Below, piece after piece: positions 49,588 through 60,667 of a stretch of 64,000 bases of DNA. The DNA comes from Patescibacteria group bacterium (GTDB taxonomy: Bacteria; Patescibacteriota; Microgenomatia; PFEM01; JAHIFH01), in the NCBI GenBank assembly GCA_035529375.1, contig DATKWU010000009.1:157848-221847 (forward strand), given 5' to 3'. The position numbers and the translations under genes were made by a program. Numbering within the stretch: the first letter of the stretch is position 1; every line of letters starts with the position of its first letter. The notes under the pieces are model-generated. The model was given only the letters and a program-made list of their open reading frames with translations, searched no databases and had not been told where the DNA came from.

Positions 49588-50163
49588 TCAAGAACCTCTT
49601 TGTCGGTAAAGCTTGGGATCAATCACCTTTGCCATAGCTTGAGTATCAAGAGTTCCATCTAAAAATTGGTTAATCTTTTTTACTTGACTCGCTGGCTTTT
49701 TCAAAACTTGATTATAGTCAATATAGATGACTTCAATATTGGGCTGTTTTCCCAACCATAATTTGGCCTCTTTTAAATGCTTTTTGAATAAGGCAGCCAT
49801 CTTCTTATCACTGGCTTTATTTACTGGCTTACCTCTTCTTTTAAGCATTTGTCTTTGGGAAGCAAGAATCTCTTCCATCTTCCGTTGCATAAAAATTACT
49901 TTGTAATTGTAGCTTCTGGGTAAATATTTTAAGAATTCAGAAACCATCTTGACGGTCTTACCTTGAGCCTGTTTAAGCCAAGTTTTATCCCGCCTAATTT
50001 GTTTAACTTTTTCAAATTCATAATAACCCTTAGGATTATCTTCATCGGCCTTTCTCAAATTATCCGTCAAAACAGATATCCCACCGGCTTTCATCATCTT
50101 CATCATCATTGAGGTACCAGAACGAGGTAAACCAGAAACAATCGTAATCGTTTTTTGTTTCAT
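49588..50163 (-). CDS. Sulfotransferase-family-like P-loop protein
   Basis: IVSGLPRSGTSMMMKMM resembles the PAPS-binding 5'-PSB motif (PKSGTT) of Stf0-type sulfotransferases. A small nucleotide kinase is the alternative reading. Confidence 0.5.
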   Translation of the reverse strand: MKQKTITIVSGLPRSGTSMMMKMMKAGGISVLTDNLRKADEDNPKGYYEFEKVKQIRRDKTWLKQAQGKTVKMVSEFLKYLPRSYNYKVIFMQRKMEEILASQRQMLKRRGKPVNKASDKKMAALFKKHLKEAKLWLGKQPNIEVIYIDYNQVLKKPASQVKKINQFLDGTLDTQAMAKVIDPKLYRQRGS

Positions 50164-50199
50164 TAAGTCAATTTTAGCAAACGTGGTGAATAAAAAAAA

Positions 50200-50676
50200 T
50201 TACCACCTGAAGTGAGCAAAGGCTTTATTAGCTTCAGCAATTTTATTAATTTCTTCTTTCTTAGCGACCGCGCCGCCTTCTTTTTTAGCCGCCTCGATTA
50301 ACTCAACCGCTAATTTCTCATAAAAGTGATGGTATTCCTTATTGGGCCTTGCTTGGGCGGCCTGAATAAGCCAACGAATAGCCAGTGATTCTCGCCGGTC
50401 ACCTTTAACCGGTATCGGTACTTGGTAAGCAGCACCGCCAACTCGACGAGGTCGAACCTCCATTTGAGGTTTAACATTTTCCAAAGCTTGATGAAAAATT
50501 TCCAAAGGATTGCTTTTGGTTTTTTCTTCAATAAGTTTAAAAGCCTGATAAACATGTTTTTGGGCAACTGATTTCTTTCCCTGACGCATCGTCCGATTGA
50601 TCAACTTGGTCACTAACCGGCTTTTATAGACTTCATCAGGAACGACCGTTCTTTTTGGTGCTCTTTTACCTCTCAT
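50200..50676 (-). CDS. rpsG: 30S ribosomal protein S7
   Basis: [39 protein letters not shown] is the S7 N-terminus. The start is taken at 50676; the ORF track extends upstream into the rpsL tail. Confidence 0.85.
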   Translation of the reverse strand: MRGKRAPKRTVVPDEVYKSRLVTKLINRTMRQGKKSVAQKHVYQAFKLIEEKTKSNPLEIFHQALENVKPQMEVRPRRVGGAAYQVPIPVKGDRRESLAIRWLIQAAQARPNKEYHHFYEKLAVELIEAAKKEGGAVAKKEEINKIAEANKAFAHFRW

Positions 50677-51160
50677 TGTTTTCTCCTTTCTCTTCTCCTT
50701 TTTTCTCAGTTCTTTCGTCACTCTTTCCGCCACCAGCTGCTGGTGTGGCGGCGGCGCCCTTACGGGTACCATATTTGGATCGAGCCTTTTTTCTGTCCTC
50801 TACGCCGGCCGTATCAAATTTACCTCTAACCACATGATATTTCACTCCTGGTAAATCTTTAACTCGACCACCCCTAACTAAAACAACCGCATGTTCAGCC
50901 AGATTATGACCTTCACCAGCAATATAGGCGGTCACTTCCTTTTTATTAGAAAGCCTAACTCGAGCCACTTTTCTTAAAGCCGAATTAGGTTTCTTAGGAG
51001 GCATTGTTTTGACATAAAGAACTACTCCTCGTTTAAAGGGATTGGTTGCTTCTGTCATTCGCCTGTCTTTGGCATTAAAAGTTTTTCGCAAGGCAGCCGC
51101 TTTGACCTTTTTTCTTGTTTTCTTTCTGCCTTTACGAATTAATTGACTGATTCTTGGCAT
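50666..51160 (-). CDS. rpsL: 30S ribosomal protein S12
   Basis: [14 protein letters not shown]...[15 protein letters not shown] is S12, with a Gly/Ala/Glu-rich C-terminal extension of about 35 aa. Confidence 0.9.
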   Translation of the reverse strand: MPRISQLIRKGRKKTRKKVKAAALRKTFNAKDRRMTEATNPFKRGVVLYVKTMPPKKPNSALRKVARVRLSNKKEVTAYIAGEGHNLAEHAVVLVRGGRVKDLPGVKYHVVRGKFDTAGVEDRKKARSKYGTRKGAAATPAAGGGKSDERTEKKGEEKGENNER

Positions 51161-51203
51161 ATTTTTATTCTATCATGAATTTAGGTTCAAATAAAGGAGT
51201 TTT

Positions 51204-54200
51204 TCACTCTTCAATCTTAGCTCTCTCTGGAGTCACTGGAATTAAACGACCAATAATTACATTTTCTTTAAGACCAAGTAGCTTATCTTCTTTCCCTTCA
51301 ACTGCGGCATCGGTCAAAACAATGGTGGTTCTTTCAAAGGAGGCAGCCGAAAGCCAGGATTCGGTGTAAATTGAAGAACGACTTATCCCCAGGATCACCA
51401 CTTGAGCTGAGGCCGGCTCGCCACCCTCCGCCAGTACTTTTTCATTCTCCTCTTCAAAAGTAGTCCGATTAACAAACTGACCAGGTAACAAAGAAGTATC
51501 GCCTGAAGTTTCTATCCGAACTTTATCGCTCATTTTCTTGACAATCACCTCAAAATGCTTATCTTGAATCTGAATTCCTTGTGATTCATAAACCATCTGT
51601 AGTTCCTCAATCAAATAGGCCTGAGCGGCTTTTAGGCCTCTGACTTCTAAGACTTCTCTTGTGTCAAGCGATCCAGTCGCCAATTGAGTTCCGGCATCAA
51701 CCAAGTCTCCATCACTAACATTAATTTCACTAACGGCTGGAATAAGATATTCTTTTTCTTCAGGAGGTTTAACACCAACTGTCTTTATCTTTATTTTATA
51801 ACTTTCTTCTGTTTCCAAAACTTCAACCTTCCCAGCAATTTCGGCTAGGGGCGCCAAAATTTTGGGCTTTCTAGCTTCAAATAACTCTTCAACTCTCGGC
51901 AAACCTTGAGTCACGTCAGAAACAGCAATCCCACCAAAATGATGAGTTCTTAAAGTCAGCTGAGTACCTGGTTCGCCAATTGATTGAGCCCCGATTACCC
52001 CCACTGGTGTTCCTATTTCTACCATGGTTTTAGTGGAAAAATCCCAACCATAACATTGAACACACATACCATGCTTCGTCTCGCAGGTCAAAGGTGAACG
52101 AATTTGGAGATTATTGATATTGTGTTTTTCTAAAAGGCCAATATTATTTTCGGTAATTAACTCGCCTTTTTTAAGGATGATTTTCTTTGTTTTAGGATCA
52201 CTAACCTTCTTAGCCAAAACCCGACCCAAAGCTCTCTCCAAAAACTTATCGCCCCTCTTGCCGGAACGATTAATTTCAATTGAATCTTTCGTCCCACAAT
52301 CTTCTTCACGAACAATAACGTCATGGGCGACATCAATCAATCGCCGCGTTAAATAACCGGCATCAGCGGTCTTCAAAGCCGTATCAGTTAAACCCTTGCG
52401 TCCACCTCTAGCGGAAGTAATGTATTCAAAAACCGATAAACCTTCTCTGAAATTCGATTTGACCGGCAACTCAACAATTTTACCCAAAGGGTCAACCACG
52501 AGCCCTTGCATGGCTGAAAGTTGCTTAACCTGTTCTTTAGAAGCTCTGCCTACTTTAGCTTCAATAATTAAGCGAACACTGTTTTCCAAATCAAATTTTT
52601 CCCAAGTTTTATCCGCCAATTCCTCTGTTGTTTCCATCCAAACTTCTTGGGTCAAACGTCGCTTTTCCTGATCAGTAATTAATCCTTTATTAAAGTTATT
52701 CTCGATTTCGGCCACCTTCTGATTCGCCTGATCAATCACCTTCTTTTTATCATCTAACATTGTGCAATCCATCACCCCAACTGAAAGACCAGAAAGAGTT
52801 GATCCCCAAAAACCAATCATCTTAATATCATCGACTAAATTGACCACCGTCTTTTTCTGACAGATCTGGATGGCTCGGGTAATCAAAGCTTTCACGGTCG
52901 GTCCTTTAACTTCATCATTGATAAAGGCTAATTCTTTAGGCAGAATTTTGTTGAAGATAATTCTTCCAGGAGTGGTTTCCATAATTTTGCCGTCAATTTT
53001 AACTTTAACCAATCGACGCAGTTCAACCTTCTTCCCCTGATAAGCTAAAATTACTTCTACTTGACTGGCAAAAATCGTTGGGTAGATTGGCAACTTAGTA
53101 TTAACCGCAGTGACAAAAAAGCAACCTAAAGCCATTTCTTTACTCGGAATTGTCACCGGGCTGCCATCAGAAGGTTTAAGTAAATTTTGTTCGGGGAACA
53201 TTAAATCTATAGATTCTTTCTTTGCTTTGGCGCTCAGAGGAATATGAACCGCCATTTGGTCACCATCAAAATCAGCGTTAAAACCAGCACAAACACAAGG
53301 ATGAATTTGAATAGCTTCACCCTCAATTAAAACAGGGTAAAAGGCCTGGATGCCTAATTTATGGAGGGTTGGTGCTCGATTGAGGAGAACAGGATGATCT
53401 TTGGTGATTCTTCCAAGAATATCAAAAACTTCAGGTGGTTTTTGATCAAGAACATTTTTGGCATTCTTAACATTAGGAGCAATCCCGGTCAAAATCATCT
53501 CTCGTAAAACAAAAGGTTTAAACATTTCCAAAGCCATTTCTTTCGGTAAACCACATTGATTAAGCTTTAATTCTGGCCCAACCACAATGACCGAACGACC
53601 CGAGTAATCAACTCGCTTACCCAATAAATTCTGCCTAAAACGTCCTTGTTTACCTCGCAACATATCAGAAAGAGACCGTAATGGTTGGTTACCCCGACGA
53701 TAACGACGAATTGGCCTTTTGGAAGCATCAATTAGCGTATCGACTGATTCTTGAAGCATTCTCTTTTCATTTCGAAGAATGATTTCTGGGGCTCCTAAAT
53801 CAATTAAATGCTTCAAACGATTATTCCGATTGATAACCCGGCGATAAAGATCATTCAAATCACTAGTTGCAAACCGGCCACCTGAAAGTTGAACCATCGG
53901 TCGTAGATCTGGAGGAATAACGGGCAAATTCTTTAAAATCATCCAGGCTGGATCAATTTCAGCTTTTCTAAATCCTTCAACTACTTGCAATCTCTTAATC
54001 GCTTTGATATGACGAGCACCTTTACTTTCCTTAACTACTTTCCTCAAATCAGCCGCTAGCTTCTCGAGATCAATCATTTTAATAGCTTCTATGACTGCCT
54101 CAGCTCCCATATTCACCTTGAAAAAACCAGCTGCTTTATACTCAACCAGCTTCAAATATTCATCTTCACTTAAAAGGGCTTTTTCTTTCAAACCATTGGC

Positions 54201-54908
54201 AAGATTAATAATCGCTTGGTAAATTTCTTCAGCCCGCTCTCCTTCAGCTAGATATTCATCCCGAAGATTTTGGATTTTTTGTTTAGTTTTAAGTTCAATT
54301 TCTCCCAGAGCTAATGTCTGTCGTTCTTTATCCTTAATTTCTTTTCTAATTCTGGTCTTTTCTTTATTAACTTTTTCTTTGGCTTCCCTGATCTTTCCTT
54401 CGCACTCTTCTTTAAGGGTATTTTTCTTTTCCAATAAGTCTTTCTTTAAACGGTCAATTATTTTTTGCTGTTTTTTCTCGTCAACTCCAAAAATTAAATA
54501 TTGAGAGAAATAAATCACCGATTCTAAACCACGTGGAGAGATATCAAGAAGAAGGGATAATTTCGAAGGCATCCCTTTGAAAAACCAAATATGGGCTATT
54601 GGTGAGGCTAAGCTAATATGACCCATTCTCTCTCGCCTGACTCGAGATTGGGTTACTTCAACACCACATTTATCACAAATAATACCGCGATAGCGAATTC
54701 GTTTATATTTACCACAGTAACACTCCCAATCTTTGGTTGGACCAAAAATCCTCTCACAAAAAAGACCGTCCTTCTCTGGTTTTAAAGTTCGATAATTAAT
54801 CGTTTCTGGTTTGGTCACTTCACCATGAGACCAATCCTTAATCTCCTGGGGCGAAGCCAGTTTAATTCTTAAACCAGAAAAATCAACAATTTTTCTACCA
54901 AAAATCAC
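51204..54908 (-). CDS. rpoC: DNA-directed RNA polymerase subunit beta'
   Basis: 1234 aa protein with the NADFDGDQM catalytic motif and a zinc-binding CYCGKYKRIRYRGIICDKCGVEV. Confidence 0.95.
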   Translation of the reverse strand: MIFGRKIVDFSGLRIKLASPQEIKDWSHGEVTKPETINYRTLKPEKDGLFCERIFGPTKDWECYCGKYKRIRYRGIICDKCGVEVTQSRVRRERMGHISLASPIAHIWFFKGMPSKLSLLLDISPRGLESVIYFSQYLIFGVDEKKQQKIIDRLKKDLLEKKNTLKEECEGKIREAKEKVNKEKTRIRKEIKDKERQTLALGEIELKTKQKIQNLRDEYLAEGERAEEIYQAIINLANGLKEKALLSEDEYLKLVEYKAAGFFKVNMGAEAVIEAIKMIDLEKLAADLRKVVKESKGARHIKAIKRLQVVEGFRKAEIDPAWMILKNLPVIPPDLRPMVQLSGGRFATSDLNDLYRRVINRNNRLKHLIDLGAPEIILRNEKRMLQESVDTLIDASKRPIRRYRRGNQPLRSLSDMLRGKQGRFRQNLLGKRVDYSGRSVIVVGPELKLNQCGLPKEMALEMFKPFVLREMILTGIAPNVKNAKNVLDQKPPEVFDILGRITKDHPVLLNRAPTLHKLGIQAFYPVLIEGEAIQIHPCVCAGFNADFDGDQMAVHIPLSAKAKKESIDLMFPEQNLLKPSDGSPVTIPSKEMALGCFFVTAVNTKLPIYPTIFASQVEVILAYQGKKVELRRLVKVKIDGKIMETTPGRIIFNKILPKELAFINDEVKGPTVKALITRAIQICQKKTVVNLVDDIKMIGFWGSTLSGLSVGVMDCTMLDDKKKVIDQANQKVAEIENNFNKGLITDQEKRRLTQEVWMETTEELADKTWEKFDLENSVRLIIEAKVGRASKEQVKQLSAMQGLVVDPLGKIVELPVKSNFREGLSVFEYITSARGGRKGLTDTALKTADAGYLTRRLIDVAHDVIVREEDCGTKDSIEINRSGKRGDKFLERALGRVLAKKVSDPKTKKIILKKGELITENNIGLLEKHNINNLQIRSPLTCETKHGMCVQCYGWDFSTKTMVEIGTPVGVIGAQSIGEPGTQLTLRTHHFGGIAVSDVTQGLPRVEELFEARKPKILAPLAEIAGKVEVLETEESYKIKIKTVGVKPPEEKEYLIPAVSEINVSDGDLVDAGTQLATGSLDTREVLEVRGLKAAQAYLIEELQMVYESQGIQIQDKHFEVIVKKMSDKVRIETSGDTSLLPGQFVNRTTFEEENEKVLAEGGEPASAQVVILGISRSSIYTESWLSAASFERTTIVLTDAAVEGKEDKLLGLKENVIIGRLIPVTPERAKIEE

Positions 54909-57900
54909 TCTACCTCCTTTTCTTTAACAATAGTTGCGCCTGACGCTTGGGCTAATTCCTCTGCTTCCCCTCTCGCTTCTTCTTCTTCCTTCAACTCTTC
55001 TTCTGTTTCCTCTTTTTCTTTTTCTTCAATCACGCCAGTAGGTTCAATTTTTAAGCTAAGACTATTTAATTCCTTAACCAAAACTTTAAAAGATTCAGGG
55101 ACAGTTGATTCCGGAATTTCTGTTCCCTTAACAATCGCTTCAAAGCTTTTTGCCCGACCAACAACATCATCACTCTTAATCGTTAACATTTCCTGAAGGG
55201 TATTAGCCGCTCGATGGGCTTCGAGTGCCCAAACTTCCATCTCTCCCAAACGTTGACCACCCATTTGGGCTTTACCTCCTAATGGCTGTTGGGTGACTAA
55301 GGAATAGGGACCAGTTGAACGGGCGTGACTTTTATCTTCAACCATGTGAGCCAGCTTGAGAATATAGCTAATTCCAACTACACTTTTCTTCTCAAAGGTT
55401 TCACCTGTTCGTCCGTCGTAAAGAGTGACTTTACCGTCAACCGGTAAACCTGCCTTCTTCAAAGCTTGAACGATTTCTTCTTCACTAAGTTTCTCAAAAA
55501 CAGGTAAATCAACTTTATAGCCATCTTTCTTGGCTGCCCAGCCTAAGTGAGTTTCTAATAATTGACCTAGATTCATTCTCGTCAAAACCGAGAGGGGAGA
55601 AATGATGATATCCACAGGTGTACCGTCCGCCAGATAGGGCATGTCAGCTTCGGGAACAATCTTAGAAATAACTCCTTTATTACCATGACGACCAGCAATT
55701 TTATCACCCGCAGTTAATCGTCGCATTTGGGCCACTTTGACAATTACTTTCTTAAGAGTCCCTGGTTCGAGTTCATCACCCTTGATCCGATCCAATATCT
55801 GAACATCAATGACGGTTCCTCTTTCTCCGTGAGGCACCCGTAGAGAGGTATCACGAACTTCTCTTGCTTTTTCACCAAAAATCGCCCTTAGTAGCCTTTC
55901 TTCAGCCGTCAATTCTGTTTCCCCTTTAGGAGCAATCTTACCCACTAAAATATCGTGGGTGCCAACCTCGCTGCCAACCACTACAATACCATCCTCAGCC
56001 AGATTAGCCAGGTCAGACTCACCGACATTGGGAATATCCCGAGTGAGTTCTTCAGGACCAAGTTTTGTTTCCACCACCGAGGCTTCATATTCCTCAATCG
56101 TAATTGAAGTCAAAGCATCGTCTCTAACAACTCGATCAGAAACAACAATAGCATCTTCATAGCCTAGACCCTCAAAAGAAGCATAAGTAATCACCAAGTT
56201 TGTTCCTAAAGCCAGTTCACCTTGATCACAAGCCGGTCCATCAATCAATAAATCACCTTTTTTAACTAAATCTCCAGTCAAAACTAAGGGGTGCTGAGAG
56301 TAACAAGTGCTACTGGGACTAGTTCGTTTAAACTTAGTTAGATAATAAATCTCTTCCCTACCTTTGATTTTAATATATTCCGTATCCTGAAGATCATTCT
56401 TCTTACCATTAATTTTTAAGATAATCTCTTCGCTGTCAACATAAATGACTTTACCATCATGCCGAGCTCTAATAACCCAACCCATCTGTTCGGGAACAAC
56501 CGACTCCATGCCTGTACCAATTATTGGCATCTCTGGCTTGACTAAAGGAATTGCCTGACATTGCATATTGGTTCCCATTAAAGCTCGATTGGCCATATCA
56601 TGGGATAAGAAAGGAATCAAAGAAGCGGAAGTACCCACGATTTGTCGGGGAACAACATCAATATATTCCACTTTTTCCACCGGTGTTTCAAGGAATTCGC
56701 CCTGATAACGAACCGGTACCCAACTATCAATGATATAACTATTCTTATCGGTATGAACACCGCAATGAGTAATATAATGTTCCTGTTCATCATCAGCTTG
56801 GAGATAAACAATTTCATCGGTAATTTTCACTCGGTCTTTCCCCAGAATCTTCTTTCTAATCACCTTCCGATAAGGGGCTTCAAGAAAACCATATTCGTTC
56901 ACTCGAGTATAAAGAGCCATATAAGTCACCAAACCAATATTAGGTCCTTCAGGAGAACGAACCGGACAAATTCGGCCATATTGAGAAGCGTTGATATCGC
57001 GAATCGAGAAACTGGCTCTTTCTCGAGTAATACCTCCCGGTCCAGTAACTGAAAGTCGCCGCAAATTATCAATTTCGGAAAGGGGATTAACCTGATCTAG
57101 AATTGCGGAAAGTTGACTGGAACGGAAAAACTCATTAAGTAAAGCCACGACTGGCCGGGCATTAACCAATTGAACTGGACTTGCCTTCTCCTCAGTTGAA
57201 ATCAAACTCATTTTTTCTTTAATAGAACGCTCTAAACGAAGAAGGCCAACCCGAAAAACAGTATCAGTAACAATCTCGCCTACCCGGCGAACCCGGCGAT
57301 TAGACAAGTGATCAATATCATCAACTCTCCCTTCACCATTTTGGAGTTTAATCAAGTAACGAATGGAGGCGATAACGTCTTCTTGACGAAGAATCCAGTT
57401 CTTTTTTTCATTGGCGACTTTTAAATCCAAACGCCTATTGATTTTGTAACGACCAACCTTACCTAAGTTATAGCGCCGACTGTCAAAAAACATATTCTCA
57501 AACATCTCTCGGGCGTTATCCAAAACCGCAGGCTCACCCGGTCGCATTTTTTGATAAATCTCGATTAAAGCTTCTTCTTTGGTTTTAGTTGAATCTTTTT
57601 CTAAAGTGGCAAGAATATAATCGTTACTTTCCTTAATTAAATCCTTAAAAGTATCAATAATTTCTTCATCACTAACTAAACCAAAAGCCCGCAAAAGAAC
57701 TGTGATAGGAAATTTTCGCCTTCGGTCCAAACGACAACTGATAACGTCGTTGCGATTAATCTTAAACTCCAGCCAAGAACCTCGTAAGGGACGAATTTCC
57801 GCATTATAAAGCATTCGGCCGCTGACCCGGTCTATTTCACCAAAGAAAAACGCGCCCGGAGCGCGTATAATCTGGTTGATAACCCCTCTCTCGATCCCGT

Positions 57901-58267
57901 TAACAATAAAAGTCGCCCTTTCGGTCATCTGGGGAATATCACCCAAGAAAACTTCTCGAGTTACCTTCCGGTCATTCTTTTTGTTAATCAGAGTGGCTTC
58001 GACTCTTAGAGGGATATCATAAGTCAAACCTTTCCTAAGAGCTTCAGAAGGAGTTACTCGAGGTTTACCAAAATAATAATCACCGAAAGCCAATTGCCAA
58101 TTTTTACCGGTAAAGTCATCAATTGGAGAAATTTCTTCCAATGCCTCCTTAATCCCCTCTTTAATGAACCATTGGTACGACTCTCTCTGAGTTTCCAGGA
58201 GATTTAATGGTGGCAGATTTTTATATTCATGTCCCCAGTTTAGGCGCTTTATTTTAGCGGTGGGCAT
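54905..58267 (-). CDS. rpoB: DNA-directed RNA polymerase subunit beta
   Basis: Full-length rpoB. The start is taken at MPTAKIKRLNWG (58267), whereas the ORF track extends to 58315. Confidence 0.95.
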   Translation of the reverse strand: MPTAKIKRLNWGHEYKNLPPLNLLETQRESYQWFIKEGIKEALEEISPIDDFTGKNWQLAFGDYYFGKPRVTPSEALRKGLTYDIPLRVEATLINKKNDRKVTREVFLGDIPQMTERATFIVNGIERGVINQIIRAPGAFFFGEIDRVSGRMLYNAEIRPLRGSWLEFKINRNDVISCRLDRRRKFPITVLLRAFGLVSDEEIIDTFKDLIKESNDYILATLEKDSTKTKEEALIEIYQKMRPGEPAVLDNAREMFENMFFDSRRYNLGKVGRYKINRRLDLKVANEKKNWILRQEDVIASIRYLIKLQNGEGRVDDIDHLSNRRVRRVGEIVTDTVFRVGLLRLERSIKEKMSLISTEEKASPVQLVNARPVVALLNEFFRSSQLSAILDQVNPLSEIDNLRRLSVTGPGGITRERASFSIRDINASQYGRICPVRSPEGPNIGLVTYMALYTRVNEYGFLEAPYRKVIRKKILGKDRVKITDEIVYLQADDEQEHYITHCGVHTDKNSYIIDSWVPVRYQGEFLETPVEKVEYIDVVPRQIVGTSASLIPFLSHDMANRALMGTNMQCQAIPLVKPEMPIIGTGMESVVPEQMGWVIRARHDGKVIYVDSEEIILKINGKKNDLQDTEYIKIKGREEIYYLTKFKRTSPSSTCYSQHPLVLTGDLVKKGDLLIDGPACDQGELALGTNLVITYASFEGLGYEDAIVVSDRVVRDDALTSITIEEYEASVVETKLGPEELTRDIPNVGESDLANLAEDGIVVVGSEVGTHDILVGKIAPKGETELTAEERLLRAIFGEKAREVRDTSLRVPHGERGTVIDVQILDRIKGDELEPGTLKKVIVKVAQMRRLTAGDKIAGRHGNKGVISKIVPEADMPYLADGTPVDIIISPLSVLTRMNLGQLLETHLGWAAKKDGYKVDLPVFEKLSEEEIVQALKKAGLPVDGKVTLYDGRTGETFEKKSVVGISYILKLAHMVEDKSHARSTGPYSLVTQQPLGGKAQMGGQRLGEMEVWALEAHRAANTLQEMLTIKSDDVVGRAKSFEAIVKGTEIPESTVPESFKVLVKELNSLSLKIEPTGVIEEKEKEETEEELKEEEEARGEAEELAQASGATIVKEKEVE

Positions 58268-58401
58268 TGGCGATTTTTTATAATAAAAAGGACAGAGAAA
58301 ACCTAAGTATAGCAAAGAAGCGTACGCTTAGGTACGCCTACCCTACTATTGCTTAACTGGAAAAAGATTAACACATTAAAAGAAATCTGTCAAGGACAAA
58401 A

Positions 58402-59427
58402 TCACCTCAAATATTTTTCTATATTCTCGCTATGTTCCTCGGCTGTTTTAGCGTAATAAATTTTTCCCTGACTATCAGAAAGGTAAAACCAATAATCAGT
58501 TTCTTGTGGATAAATCACGGCTTCGATTGAAGCTAGACCCGGATTGCAAATTGGTCCTAACGGTAAACCTTTATATTGATAAGTGTTATAAGGGGAATTA
58601 ATTTTCAAATCATCTTTAGTTAACTTTGCTGGCCACCAATCAACTTCTTGCCAGTCCTTACCCATTGAATTTCTTTGATTAGCAAGAGCATATTGAACCG
58701 TCGCATCGGCTTGAAGCGGCCAGCCCTCTCGCCAGCGTTTAAGTAGGATTCCAGCGATAATCGGACTGTCTTTACCTCCCTTTGATTCTCTTTCGACAAT
58801 CGACGCCAAAGTAATTACTTCTACCTGAGTTAAACCCGCTTTTTTAGCGGCAAGTTCTAATTCCAAAGAATATTTTTTTTCAGAGTTATTAGTTAAAATC
58901 TCTAAGACAGCTGAAGAACTGGCATCTTTAGGAATAAGATAGGTATCAGGAAAAAGATAACCCTCAAGATCATCTGTCAGTTGAAGAAATTGTGGATAAC
59001 TAAAATCTTCCAGATTACTGGCCAGGCGCCGGCCGAACTCTTCCCGACGCCAACCCTCAGGAAAAGTTAACCAAAGATCTAGACTGCCGTGAGTCAAAAG
59101 ATAAACCACCTCTTCAGCTGTCCAAGAAGGATTAATCCGAAAATCGCCAGCCTGAATCTTGCCTGATAAATTTTTAACCAGGACGAGAACCTTAAAAGCC
59201 GAAGCGCTTTTAACAAGACCTTCATCTTCTAATCGCTGAGCAATCAGAGATAAACCTTCGCCTTTGTGAATAACAAAAATCTGGCTTTGGCCTGGAGGTG
59301 ATTGAACTGGAGAAACTGCCCAGCGCCACCAAAAAAAGCCGCCAATAACAGCGGCAATCAGGAAGAAAAAGACAAGACTAAACTTCTTCAAAAAGGGCAC
59401 GACGATATTTTTTGGTTTTCGGATCAT
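58402..59427 (-). CDS. mltG: Endolytic murein transglycosylase MltG (YceG-like)
   Basis: N-terminal TM segment and a YceG-like domain (ARERGYSEDDLVTLASIVERESK-type region, here TQVEVITLASIVERESK). Confidence 0.75.
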   Translation of the reverse strand: MIRKPKNIVVPFLKKFSLVFFFLIAAVIGGFFWWRWAVSPVQSPPGQSQIFVIHKGEGLSLIAQRLEDEGLVKSASAFKVLVLVKNLSGKIQAGDFRINPSWTAEEVVYLLTHGSLDLWLTFPEGWRREEFGRRLASNLEDFSYPQFLQLTDDLEGYLFPDTYLIPKDASSSAVLEILTNNSEKKYSLELELAAKKAGLTQVEVITLASIVERESKGGKDSPIIAGILLKRWREGWPLQADATVQYALANQRNSMGKDWQEVDWWPAKLTKDDLKINSPYNTYQYKGLPLGPICNPGLASIEAVIYPQETDYWFYLSDSQGKIYYAKTAEEHSENIEKYLR

Positions 59428-59578
59428 AAATAAAAATCCGACCGCACTTACAAGTTACTTTGACGATACCGTCTTTTCTTTTAACTCTTTTTCCTTTATC
59501 TAATGGTGTTCCACAACCCACACACTGGCCACGACTTAAAAGCCAAGCTTGAACTGGAGCAATAATATTTTTAAACAT
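59378..59578 (-). CDS. Small zinc-ribbon protein (hypothetical)
   Basis: 66 aa protein with CVGCG...CKCG Cys4 spacing. It overlaps the 5' end of mltG by 50 nt. Confidence 0.3.
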   Translation of the reverse strand: MFKNIIAPVQAWLLSRGQCVGCGTPLDKGKRVKRKDGIVKVTCKCGRIFIYDPKTKKYRRALFEEV

Positions 59579-59954
59579 TTTGTTTATCTAAATAAGCTTG
59601 CAAAATAATCGCTGCGGCAAAAGCATCTTCCTTTTCTTGACGATATTTCTTTTTTTTGCCTACCTCTATCATTTTAGCAATTGCCTCTTTAGTGGTCAAG
59701 GTTTCGTCTTGGAAAAAAACTTCCAAGCCCGTGGCTTCTTTTAATCTTTGACCATACTCTTGTGCCTTCTGACCAATTTTGCCTTCGCTAACACCAATGA
59801 CAATCTCTTCTATTCCCTCCTGCTCAATTATTTGAATAATCTTGCTTAATGTTTCTCGATGATTCTTAATCACTACTAAGGGCTGAGCCAAACTATTATC
59901 AGTGATCGCGAGGCCAATCTTTACTATTCCAAAATCGACTCCTAGAATTCTCAT
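59571..59954 (-). CDS. ruvX: Putative pre-16S rRNA nuclease / Holliday junction resolvase-like YqgF
   Basis: MRILGVDFGIVKIGLAITD is the RuvX N-terminus. The start is taken at 59954. Confidence 0.7.
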   Translation of the reverse strand: MRILGVDFGIVKIGLAITDNSLAQPLVVIKNHRETLSKIIQIIEQEGIEEIVIGVSEGKIGQKAQEYGQRLKEATGLEVFFQDETLTTKEAIAKMIEVGKKKKYRQEKEDAFAAAIILQAYLDKQNV

Positions 59955-60667
59955 ATTGCTACCAGTTGAGCCCGAATAACTAGCCTTCTTAAATAAGTAC
60001 CTGGAGGAACGCAAGTAATTAGAGAAAGCCATTGACTATCATAATTCTGTTCTAAAACAGTAATATCTCCAGGTTCTGTTTCAACCAGCTTTCTGACTAG
60101 ATAACGGTATTTGATACCGTCAAAGTCAACCAGAATCTCATCTCCCTTTTCAAGTTTAGGCAGAGTAGAAAAAATTGTTTTATAGTTTTTAGGGTTAAAA
60201 AACTGGGGTAAGACCGAATGACCAAAGATAACGGTGTTACCATATTGACCTGGTAAAGCGGTTCCCGGATACTGAACTAAACTAACCATCAAATCCTCCC
60301 CGCCAATTTGAACCGCAGCCTGGTTAATCTTCAACTTTGGAATATAAAGACTGTAATGGGTAATCCTGCTTGGTTGAGGCGGTAAGATTGGGACCGCCGG
60401 AAACCAAGTTTTAGGATTAGCGTAATTAATGTTGGCATCTTCGCCTAAAATAACACCCTGGGAAGAAACTGGACTGACTAGTTTTTGGGTAAAACGACTA
60501 TTAGTCAACTCATAATAAAGAATAGGCAAAACAGCATTGCTGATTAAAATCAAACCAGTTGTTAAGATCAAAAGAGACAAACCCCGCCAGATAAAAGCCG
60601 TTTTTCTCTGATAGGCTAATCGTTCTCCAAGAGGGGCAGATTTTAAATAGCGGTAAGGAACGGTCAT
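59951..60667 (-). CDS. Sortase family transpeptidase
   Basis: N-terminal TM segment, catalytic His (VIFGHS) and the LITC active-site motif, followed by the conserved Arg region. Confidence 0.7.
   Translation of the reverse strand: MTVPYRYLKSAPLGERLAYQRKTAFIWRGLSLLILTTGLILISNAVLPILYYELTNSRFTQKLVSPVSSQGVILGEDANINYANPKTWFPAVPILPPQPSRITHYSLYIPKLKINQAAVQIGGEDLMVSLVQYPGTALPGQYGNTVIFGHSVLPQFFNPKNYKTIFSTLPKLEKGDEILVDFDGIKYRYLVRKLVETEPGDITVLEQNYDSQWLSLITCVPPGTYLRRLVIRAQLVAI

Noticed and set aside
50310-50567. 85-aa minus-strand ORF.
   Set aside because: It is an alternate frame within rpsG.
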